From an uncultured bacterium (GTDB taxonomy: Bacteria; RBG-13-61-14; CAZOMR01), in contig CAZOMR010000001.1 in NCBI GenBank assembly GCA_964580655.1, positions 1 through 42,457 of the forward strand: a stretch of DNA of 42,457 nt, read 5' to 3'. Made by a program: the position numbers and the translations under genes. Below, one piece after another: positions 1 to 7,793 of this stretch (positions are counted from its first letter, which is position 1; every line of letters begins with the position of its first letter). Under the pieces are notes generated by a model. The model did no database searches and was not told the DNA's origin. It saw nothing but the letters and a program-made list of their open reading frames with translations.

Positions 1-55
1 GCAAAATTATTCTGTCCAAAGAAAATCTTGTATAAGGGGCTATCTGGCCGAGAAA

Positions 56-84
56 TTGACAGTGCCATAAAATGCATATAATAT
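56..84 (+). promoter_or_regulatory. candidate sigma70-type promoter upstream of the nth-like gene
   Basis: TTGACA at 56-61. TATAAT at 77-82 gives a 15-nt spacer; TAATAT at 79-84 gives a 17-nt spacer. The ATG at 106 is preceded by AAGGA. Confidence 0.35.
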
Positions 85-105
85 CAATAATAAAGAATAC
101 CAAGG

Positions 106-804
106 ATGAGCAAAGCGAGGTCTAATCCCCGTCTTTTTTCCATTAAAGAGGTGGCAGGAAAACTCGATGAAGAATATGGAGAAAAGATACCGCCCAAAAG
201 GCGGAGCGGGGTGATCGAGGAGCTTGTGAGGACAATTCTTTCCCAGAACACTAATGACCAAAACAGCCATCGAGCCTATTCAAACCTGCGAAAGAGGTTT
301 CCAACCTGGGCTAAGGTGGCCGAGGCCCAGCCGGAGGACCTGGCCCGGACGATCAGGGTGGCCGGCCTTGCGCGGCAGAAGTCCCGGGTTTTGCAAGAAA
401 TTCTGCGCCGGATTCGGCGTGAGCAAGGGAGGTATTCAATTCAGCGTGTCTGCAACAAGCCGATGAATGAAGCCCGTGAATATCTGCTCAGCTTCAAAGG
501 AGTGGGCGAAAAGACCGCGGCATGCGTTCTGCTTTTTGCCTGTGAAAAGCCGGCATTCCCCGTGGATACACATATCCTCCGTGTCTCCAGACGCCTCGGA
601 TGGCTTGATCCCAGGGGCTCGGGCTCGCAAGCGCATCGCTTCTTCCAGATGCGGGTGCCCGCTGAAAAAATCTACAGTCTTCATCTCAACATCATTGCAC
701 ACGGCCGCGCAATCTGTAAAGCCCGTAAACCGGAATGCGAGACCTGTTGTCTGAAAAGCAGATGCCTTTTTTATTTTCGGAGGAACCATGAATCCCGGTC
801 TTGA
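106..804 (+). CDS. endonuclease III-like HhH-GPD DNA glycosylase with a 4Fe-4S loop
   Basis: 232-aa ORF. HhH-GPD motifs GVGEKTAACVLLF and FPVDTHILRVSRRLG. C-terminal CKARKPECETCCLKSRC fits C-x6-C-x2-C-x5-C. AAGGA lies just upstream of the ATG. Confidence 0.85.
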   Translation: MSKARSNPRLFSIKEVAGKLDEEYGEKIPPKRRSGVIEELVRTILSQNTNDQNSHRAYSNLRKRFPTWAKVAEAQPEDLARTIRVAGLARQKSRVLQEILRRIRREQGRYSIQRVCNKPMNEAREYLLSFKGVGEKTAACVLLFACEKPAFPVDTHILRVSRRLGWLDPRGSGSQAHRFFQMRVPAEKIYSLHLNIIAHGRAICKARKPECETCCLKSRCLFYFRRNHESRS

Positions 805-3800
805 TAAAATCCATCGCAAGGTCTCGGCCTTGCGGATGAGAGAATTCTGGATTCGCCTGTTCCAGGGCTTGAGCCTCGCAGGAGCCGTATGGCTCTGCCT
901 GTGGATTCTCGGGCCCTTGGGGCTTGGGATACTCCACGGATGGTCCGGGCTGATCTTGCGGGTTTTAATCCTTTTCGCGGCGGCGGGAGTTATCATCATG
1001 GCTATCACGAGAGCCATATATCCGAGAGGTACAGATGATCGGCTTGCGCTCCGGATTGAGAAGGTTTACCCGAATTTGAATAATTCCTTGATCTCAAGTC
1101 TGCAGTTGACGAGAGAGCGCGAACATCCAGACCCTCGTCACCCGTTTTCCGCATACCTGCTTGAAAGGCTTTTACAGAACACGGCCTCACAAATGCCCGC
1201 GATTGATCTCTCCCGTGTAGCCACCCTGGAGGGATTGAAATGGCGGTTCTTGCTTTTCTGCCTGGCAGTGCTATCCGCACTGGTTATCCATAATTTATAT
1301 CCCGCATATTTAGGGAACGGCTTTCAGCTTTTGATCTTATCGGAATTCCGCCTTCCGGAAAAAAGCGCTCGTGAGCGCGCTCTGCTATCCGCAGAGCCCC
1401 TGACTACAGGGGACTTCACCCTGGAATATATTTACCCGGCATACAGCGGTCTCAAACCGCAGGAAGTTCAGCATACATCCGGAGAGATTTCAGCGCTTGC
1501 AGGGACAGAGGTGATAATTCATACAACCTGCCTTGAGAGGGTGGCCTCGGCAAATCTTGTAGTAGGAGGCTCGGCCCGGATACCCTTGAGGGTGGATGAC
1601 GGGAATAAGCTTTCGGGCAAGCTGGTGGTTATGGAGCCAGGCGAATATCTTATTGAGGCCGAGGATTCGAGCAGGGTTCAAAGAAGAGAACCGGAGAGTC
1701 ACCCTATACGGGTAGAGGATGACTTGTATCCGGAGGTGGTGCTTAAGCAACCTGTTTCTGACCTGGAGGTCTGCGCGGATGACTTTGTTCAGATAAGCTG
1801 GGAAGCGGAGGATGATTTCGGTATTGGGGGGGTGAGCCTGGTTTATCAGCGGGGCATGGAGGAGGAGCGGCTGGAGATATTCCGGTCAGGCGAGCGGCCG
1901 GATAAAAGGCATGAGGGAGATTATGATTGGGACCTGACCGGGGCAGGGGTCTCTCCGGGGGACCGCGTGGCATTTTATCTGGAAGTGGATGACAACGATA
2001 ATATTTCAGGGCCCAAGAAGGGCAGAAGTGCGACATTGTATCTCGATGTTTTCAGCGCTTTTAAGAAGCACGAGGAAGTGATAGCGAAAGAGGAAGAGCT
2101 TTTTGAGAACATGATTGAACATCTCGCTGATCATCTTGACGATGAGCGGAGCCGGCTGGACGCATCCCCGGGATACATCCTTGAAAAGGCCGAGGCAGAG
2201 CTGATCCAGCGAGGCCGCGAATTGCTTGCGCACATCCAGAATATCTTAAAGATGATGGAAAGCGACATCCACACCAGCGAGTTGATGAAGGATAGCATGG
2301 AGAATATGGGTAGGGTGTATAAGAGCCTGCTTGAGGCCCGCTCCGGCCTTGTCCGGGCTCTCGTATCATCTGCCAGACCGGTCAAAGAGTTGGTGGGACT
2401 CCGCAGGGAATATATAGAGGACCTTGAACGCGATATTATATTCCTGGATCGCATGATAAAAAAGCAACGAATGGACCTGGTCCTGATGGAAGGCAAGAAC
2501 CTGGCAAGGGCACAGGAGGATTTGGCGGAACTGCTTGAGAGATACAAGGAGACCCATGACCCGGCCCTGCTGGATGAACTTCAGCGGAAGATGGCGGAGT
2601 TGGAAGCCGCTTTTCAGGAGCTTCTATCACGCATGGCCATGATGCGAAGTGAGATGGGTGATGAGTTCTTCAATATTGAAGCAATGGATGGGCCCAGGTG
2701 GAATGATATATTCGAGCAGGTGGCCCGGATGCGAAACGCGCTCCAGGACGGAGACCTTGATTCAGCTATGGCACAGGCCGAGGATTTTCTCAATTCACTC
2801 GGGCAGATGATGGCCGCGCTAAATGAGCAGGCAGGGCAATACGGGGAAGCGATCTCGGCCGAGGCACTTCGGCGCATGGATGAGGCGATTGAAAAGCTGG
2901 CAGAGCTAGAGGCAGGCGAGCAGGACATGATCGAGCGCTCCGAGGCCATATATCATCGCCAGCTTGAGAAGACAGCTCAACTAGAGTCCATGCTCGATCG
3001 GTTTATCGAGGATGAGGCGGAAAAGATCGAGGAAATACGGAGGAAGCTGGGCAATGTCCAGAATGAGATGAGAGGTCTTACGCCTGCGCGGAAAAAGCCT
3101 CAGACAAACACCCCGGATGAGATTAAACAAACTACCATGGAATTTTACCGGAAAAGAAATTTATTCCACCATCAGATAGGAGGGATAACACGACAGCTCA
3201 GAGAGCGCGGGAGAGAGCTTGAGCACAGGGAACTGGAGCAGGTGCTGGAAGGCATGAAGAAAAACCAGGAGACCATGGAGAGGATCAGGGATGACATGGA
3301 GGTCTTTATGGATAGGTTCCAGGCTGAGCCGGATAAAAAGCGAGAGCAGACATCGGAGCAGTGCCAGGGCGCGCTGGCGCTCGGGCAGGAGATTATTGAT
3401 GATCTGGAGGCGCTGAGGGGAACTCTAAAGCCTGCGTTTGCGCCTGGCGATACAGCGGAGATGAAGGCCATGGCGGATGAGCAGGAGGGAATTCGCGATC
3501 AGACAATGGATGTCTGGCAGGAGGTGGCTGACCTGGAGGATGATGTGCCAGCAATCCCCATGGGGGTTACCGGGAAGCTCGATCAGGCCGCCCTGTCCAT
3601 GCGTGATGCATCCGGATACCTCCTGCTAGAAGAGCCGGGGTCCGCACTGGCGCCGGAGCGTGAGGCCAGGCTGAGACTTAAGCAGGCAAGGGAAGACCTG
3701 GTCAGGGCTCAAAAGCAGATGTCGCAGATGGCGCAGTCCGGGGCAGGACTGCCGCTCGCTCTTGGAGGGCGACGGAGTGGTGGCGGGGGGACTGGAACAA

Positions 3801-3955
3801 GGGGGCTGGCAATGAAGGGTTTCAAATTGCCAGAAGAGGGCGCGGACAAGACGCCGGAGGAATTCCGCCAGAACTTGCTCAAGGCCATGCGGGAGGAAGC
3901 GCCGGAGGAGTATCGGCATCTTAATCATGATTATTACGAGAGGTTGATGCGATGA
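788..3955 (+). CDS. large membrane-anchored coiled-coil protein (DUF4175/TIGR02302-like), first gene of the MoxR/vWA cluster
   Basis: 1055-aa ORF. GGAGGA at 779-784 precedes the ATG, and the start overlaps the nth-like stop. N-terminal hydrophobic helices (LSLAGAVWLCLWILGPLGLGIL, LILRVLILFAAAGVIIMAI, FLLFCLAVLSALVIH) are followed by about 600 aa of E/R/K/L/M-rich helical sequence. A Gly-rich GGRRSGGGGTGTRG and the tail EEYRHLNHDYYERLMR follow. The family name is from memory. Confidence 0.7.
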   Translation: MNPGLDKIHRKVSALRMREFWIRLFQGLSLAGAVWLCLWILGPLGLGILHGWSGLILRVLILFAAAGVIIMAITRAIYPRGTDDRLALRIEKVYPNLNNSLISSLQLTREREHPDPRHPFSAYLLERLLQNTASQMPAIDLSRVATLEGLKWRFLLFCLAVLSALVIHNLYPAYLGNGFQLLILSEFRLPEKSARERALLSAEPLTTGDFTLEYIYPAYSGLKPQEVQHTSGEISALAGTEVIIHTTCLERVASANLVVGGSARIPLRVDDGNKLSGKLVVMEPGEYLIEAEDSSRVQRREPESHPIRVEDDLYPEVVLKQPVSDLEVCADDFVQISWEAEDDFGIGGVSLVYQRGMEEERLEIFRSGERPDKRHEGDYDWDLTGAGVSPGDRVAFYLEVDDNDNISGPKKGRSATLYLDVFSAFKKHEEVIAKEEELFENMIEHLADHLDDERSRLDASPGYILEKAEAELIQRGRELLAHIQNILKMMESDIHTSELMKDSMENMGRVYKSLLEARSGLVRALVSSARPVKELVGLRREYIEDLERDIIFLDRMIKKQRMDLVLMEGKNLARAQEDLAELLERYKETHDPALLDELQRKMAELEAAFQELLSRMAMMRSEMGDEFFNIEAMDGPRWNDIFEQVARMRNALQDGDLDSAMAQAEDFLNSLGQMMAALNEQAGQYGEAISAEALRRMDEAIEKLAELEAGEQDMIERSEAIYHRQLEKTAQLESMLDRFIEDEAEKIEEIRRKLGNVQNEMRGLTPARKKPQTNTPDEIKQTTMEFYRKRNLFHHQIGGITRQLRERGRELEHRELEQVLEGMKKNQETMERIRDDMEVFMDRFQAEPDKKREQTSEQCQGALALGQEIIDDLEALRGTLKPAFAPGDTAEMKAMADEQEGIRDQTMDVWQEVADLEDDVPAIPMGVTGKLDQAALSMRDASGYLLLEEPGSALAPEREARLRLKQAREDLVRAQKQMSQMAQSGAGLPLALGGRRSGGGGTGTRGLAMKGFKLPEEGADKTPEEFRQNLLKAMREEAPEEYRHLNHDYYERLMR

Positions 3956-5604
3956 GGTTTAGGGTAATATCCGGTCGGGTCGCGATTGCATTCATTTCTA
4001 TTGCTCTCGCAGGCTCTGCATTTTTAATGTGGAATGCAAGCGGTTCAGTCGCGCTTGATACGCAGATTCAGAAGGAGCTCAAGAAGGGGTATATTGCCCT
4101 GGAGTATTGGGATTTCGGTCTGGCCGATGAGATAGGCCGCAAGGTGCGCACACTTTTGGATTCAGCTCCGGAGCCTGATGAGGAGCGGGAATTGGATTGG
4201 CTGAGGTATCAGGCATATCTTTGTTTTTATGCCGGGGAATATGAGGAGGCGCTGAATTTTGCTGACCGGGCGAATAAGCTCAATGGTCATGGCCTGGAAG
4301 CCTGGCAGGATTTTTACAATCGGACAAAGAGCCTTGCTCAAATCTGGCGGGGGGCGAAGGAGGAGAGGAGTGAGCATTTTATCTTCCGTTATATCCCTGG
4401 CCCGGAAGAGATACTGGTTAAGCCGGGTCTATCTGCGCTGGAGCGCTCTTACCGTGTGCTGACACGCGAGTTGCAGGTAAAAGCGGATCGGGGCCCGGTG
4501 CTTGCGGAGGTGTATCCTTCGGTCGCGGCGCTTTCCATGGCAGTCGGGCTTTCTGAAAAGGAGATGAAGGATTCCGGCACCATCGCCATCTGCCGATACC
4601 GCCGGCTTATGATCACAAGCCCCAGACAGCTTCTGAGCGGCTATGATTACTTGACAACACTCAGCCACGAGTTCGTCCATTATCTGATATACCTTCGCAA
4701 CGGACCGAAATGCCCTATCTGGCTACATGAGGGGATAGCAAAACACGAGGAGTCCCGCTGGAAAGGTGACCCGGGGGGACAGCTTGATCCGATCCCGCAG
4801 AGTCTTCTGGCTTCTGCCGTCAAGAGGGATGAGTTCATAAGCTTTGAGCAGATGTATCCCACATTTGCCAAGTTCGATTCTCCGGCCCAGGGTCAACTCG
4901 CATTCGCAGAGGTTGTCACGGTCGTGGATTACCTGACCCGTGAACAAGGGATGCCGAGGTTATTCGAACTCCTGGACATGCTCAAACAGGGGATAGATGA
5001 TAAAGAGGCTCTGGCACGCTTGACCGGAAAGAATTTCGACCAGTTCTGGCAGGGATGGAAGGAATATGTAGCCACAAGGAATTACAAGGAGATACCGGGG
5101 ATAGATGTGCCGAAACTTGAGTTTCGCAACAGGGAGACTGAACAAGAAGATCAACAAGAAGACATTGTTGGAGAGGATGATCTTGCAAGCAACGAGGCCT
5201 GGAGATATGTCCGCATAGGAGACCTTCTGCGCAATCGCAATCACCTGGCCGCCGCGGTGATGGAATATGAAAAAGCGCTTGTGCTCCTTCCTTACCAGCC
5301 GCGCATACAGAACAAGCTGGGCTTAAGCCTGATCCTTATGGGGAATTACAGGAGAGCGCTAAAACCACTTATGCAGGCGGAAAGGATATACCCGAATTAT
5401 GTTACCACATATATCAATATGGGAAGGGCCTACGCCGGAGTTGGAGATACCGTTAAAGCGATCAGCTATTTTGAGAAGGCGCTTACAATCAACCCCTTTG
5501 ATCCCACGCCATATCATTATTTGATCAAGCTTTATGAAAACGCGGGTGAGCCAAAGAGGAGCGAGAGGGCTAGAGAGAGATTGAGGATAATAAGTCAGCG
5601 CTGA
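3952..5604 (+). CDS. membrane-anchored peptidase-MA-like (HExxH) protein with C-terminal TPR repeats
   Basis: 550-aa ORF with an ATGA start/stop overlap with the upstream gene. N-terminal anchor VAIAFISIALAGSAFLMW. SHEFVHYLIY (HExxH) is followed by IWLHEGIAKHEE. C-terminal TPR-like repeats include AAAVMEYEKALVLLP, YINMGRAYAGVGDTVKAISYFEKALTINP. Confidence 0.75.
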   Translation: MRFRVISGRVAIAFISIALAGSAFLMWNASGSVALDTQIQKELKKGYIALEYWDFGLADEIGRKVRTLLDSAPEPDEERELDWLRYQAYLCFYAGEYEEALNFADRANKLNGHGLEAWQDFYNRTKSLAQIWRGAKEERSEHFIFRYIPGPEEILVKPGLSALERSYRVLTRELQVKADRGPVLAEVYPSVAALSMAVGLSEKEMKDSGTIAICRYRRLMITSPRQLLSGYDYLTTLSHEFVHYLIYLRNGPKCPIWLHEGIAKHEESRWKGDPGGQLDPIPQSLLASAVKRDEFISFEQMYPTFAKFDSPAQGQLAFAEVVTVVDYLTREQGMPRLFELLDMLKQGIDDKEALARLTGKNFDQFWQGWKEYVATRNYKEIPGIDVPKLEFRNRETEQEDQQEDIVGEDDLASNEAWRYVRIGDLLRNRNHLAAAVMEYEKALVLLPYQPRIQNKLGLSLILMGNYRRALKPLMQAERIYPNYVTTYINMGRAYAGVGDTVKAISYFEKALTINPFDPTPYHYLIKLYENAGEPKRSERARERLRIISQR

Positions 5605-5642
5605 GCGTAGCGCGCTGAGCGCGCTGAAAAAAGGAGAGAAAG

Positions 5643-6677
5643 TTGGAAGAAGATTTACAAGGCGCCCCTGGAGAAGAGTCAAGCGAGGCCAGGAGAGACC
5701 TGGACGCGGTTTCCGAGATCGCACAAAGCAAGGAACAGATTCTATCCGAGGTTGGCAAGGTCATCATAGGCCAGGAGGGGGTGGTGGAGCTTTTGCTCAT
5801 CGCACTTTTCTCGCGTGGACACGGCCTGTTCGTGGGCGTGCCCGGTCTGGCAAAGACCCTGCTGGTCAGCACCCTTGCCGAGGTGTTGAACTTGAATTTC
5901 AACAGAATCCAGTTCACTCCCGACCTGATGCCCTCGGACATAACCGGCACCGACATTTTAGAGGAGGATCAGAAGAGTGGCCGGCGCTCTTTCTCATTCA
6001 TTCGCGGGCCTATCTTCGCAAACATCATTCTGGCAGATGAGATCAACCGCACAAGCCCAAAGACCCAGGCCGCGCTCTTGCAGGGCATGCAGGAGTACAA
6101 GGTCACGGCAGGAGGGGTCACCCACTTGATGGAGTTGCCCTTCATGGTTTTCGCCACGCAGAACCCGATAGAGCAGGAAGGGACATACCCGCTCCCGGAA
6201 GCACAGCTTGACCGGTTCATGTTCGAGATAGATGTGGACTATCCGGGCATGGATGAAGAGATTCAGATCGTCCGCAGTACCACTTCAGCCTATCAGCCGG
6301 AATTGAACAAGATACTGAGCGCGGCTCGAATTCTGGAACTGCAGGAGATTGTCCGGAGAGTACCAGCGGCCGAACATGTGATTCGCTACGCGGTTAACCT
6401 GGTCCGGAGTTCAAGGCCGGATGAGCCTGGTGCCCCGGAGTTCATCAAGAAGTGGATGGCCTGGGGCGCAGGTCCAAGGGCCAGCCAGTATCTTATCCTG
6501 GGCGGAAAGGCCAGGGCAATCCTGCATGGAAGATACGCGGTCACATGCGAGGATGTCCGGGCACTGGCACTGCCAGTGCTCAAGCACCGCCTGATCGTCA
6601 ATTTCCGGGCAGAGGCTGAAGGGACATCCTCAAGCCAGATCATCTCTAACCTTCTGGAAACTGTGAAAGAAGAATAG
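5643..6677 (+). CDS. MoxR-family AAA+ ATPase
   Basis: 344-aa ORF. TTG start with AGGAG at 5632-5636. Walker A GVPGLAKT, MoxR signature RIQFTPDLMPSDITG, Walker B ILADEINR. Confidence 0.9.
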   Translation: MEEDLQGAPGEESSEARRDLDAVSEIAQSKEQILSEVGKVIIGQEGVVELLLIALFSRGHGLFVGVPGLAKTLLVSTLAEVLNLNFNRIQFTPDLMPSDITGTDILEEDQKSGRRSFSFIRGPIFANIILADEINRTSPKTQAALLQGMQEYKVTAGGVTHLMELPFMVFATQNPIEQEGTYPLPEAQLDRFMFEIDVDYPGMDEEIQIVRSTTSAYQPELNKILSAARILELQEIVRRVPAAEHVIRYAVNLVRSSRPDEPGAPEFIKKWMAWGAGPRASQYLILGGKARAILHGRYAVTCEDVRALALPVLKHRLIVNFRAEAEGTSSSQIISNLLETVKEE

Positions 6678-6826
6678 CTTTAACTCCGAAAAATGCAGTT
6701 CAACTTTTTATGGATGATAGCATTGGAGTCGTGGTCCTTGGTAGGGGCGCGGCTTGCCGCGCCCAAAAATGTCCGAAAAAGGGCAAGACAAGCCTTGCCC
6801 CTACAACTGCATTTTCGGGTTAAAGC
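6677..6826. repeat. hairpin-rich element bounded by terminal inverted repeats (MITE/REP-like) in the moxR-DUF58 spacer
   Basis: Left arm gctttaactccgaaaaatgcagtt (6677-6700) is the near reverse complement of aactgcattttcgggttaaagc (6805-6826). Internal GC hairpins: gggcgcgg/ccgcgccc (6745-6764) and gggcaag/cttgccc (6781-6800). tccgaaaaa is repeated at 6685 and 6772. Confidence 0.6.
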
Positions 6827-6835
6827 CTGAAGGCC

Positions 6836-7789
6836 ATGGCTGACCCTGTTACCCATCTGCTCTCTGCCGATCTGGTAGCTCGCCTGCGCACGCTTGAGAT
6901 CAAGGCCAGGGAAGTAGCAGAGGGCGCGCTTACAGGAATACATCATTCTTCCCATCGTGGCTCGTCTCTCGAATTCGTAGAGCACAAGCCTTATTCGCCA
7001 GGGGACGATATACGGATGATAGACTGGAAGCTCTTTGCCAAATCGGATCGCTACTACATCAAGCAGTTTGAGGATGAGACCAACATACGCTGTCTCATCC
7101 TGGTAGATGGTTCAAGCTCAATGGCCTATCGCGGAATGGGCCCGTCCGGCCAGAAAAAAGGGCCGCGAGAACGCATGAGCAAGCTCGAATACGCACAGGT
7201 ACTGGCCGCGGCCCTGGCATGGCTACTCTTGAATCAGTCCGATGCTGTGGGCCTGGCCGTCTTCGGAGCAGGTGTTCGTAAATACCTTCCTCCACGAAGC
7301 CAGAGCTCCTTTCTTCAGCCAATTCTCAAAGGTCTGGCCGAGATAGTCCCGGAACCCGGCACCGACCTCGGCCGCTCCGTCCATGAGGTTATCGAGCGAA
7401 CGCACGGTCACATCCTCTTTATCTTCATAAGTGATTTCTTCGATGAGCCCGAGCCCATGATCAATTCTCTTAAACTCCTGAAGCACCGCGGCCATGAGCT
7501 GATCCTCTTTCAAATACTTGACCACGACGAGATTGAATTCCCATTTTCACGGCTAAGCATGTTCGAGGGCCTGGAAGAGGAGGTTAAACTCCTCGTTGAT
7601 CCGCGGGCCATCAGGGAGGAGTATCAGAGGCAGGTCCAGTTTTTCATCGAGAGGATGAAGAGCGAGTGCCTGGGAGATCGCATTGATTACTGGTTTGTCA
7701 ATACCTTCACTCCGGCCGAGCAGACACTTTCAGGGTATCTGGCGCACCGGGAGGCGCGAAAGAAAACATACAGGCTGAGAGGAGTTTAA
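6836..7789 (+). CDS. DUF58-family protein (vWA-like, MoxR partner)
   Basis: 317-aa ORF. HRGSSLEFVEHKPYSPGDDIRMIDWKLFAKSDRYYIKQFEDE matches the DUF58 signature. MIDAS-like LVDGSSSM. Confidence 0.85.
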   Translation: MADPVTHLLSADLVARLRTLEIKAREVAEGALTGIHHSSHRGSSLEFVEHKPYSPGDDIRMIDWKLFAKSDRYYIKQFEDETNIRCLILVDGSSSMAYRGMGPSGQKKGPRERMSKLEYAQVLAAALAWLLLNQSDAVGLAVFGAGVRKYLPPRSQSSFLQPILKGLAEIVPEPGTDLGRSVHEVIERTHGHILFIFISDFFDEPEPMINSLKLLKHRGHELILFQILDHDEIEFPFSRLSMFEGLEEEVKLLVDPRAIREEYQRQVQFFIERMKSECLGDRIDYWFVNTFTPAEQTLSGYLAHREARKKTYRLRGV

Positions 7790-7793
7790 GGGA

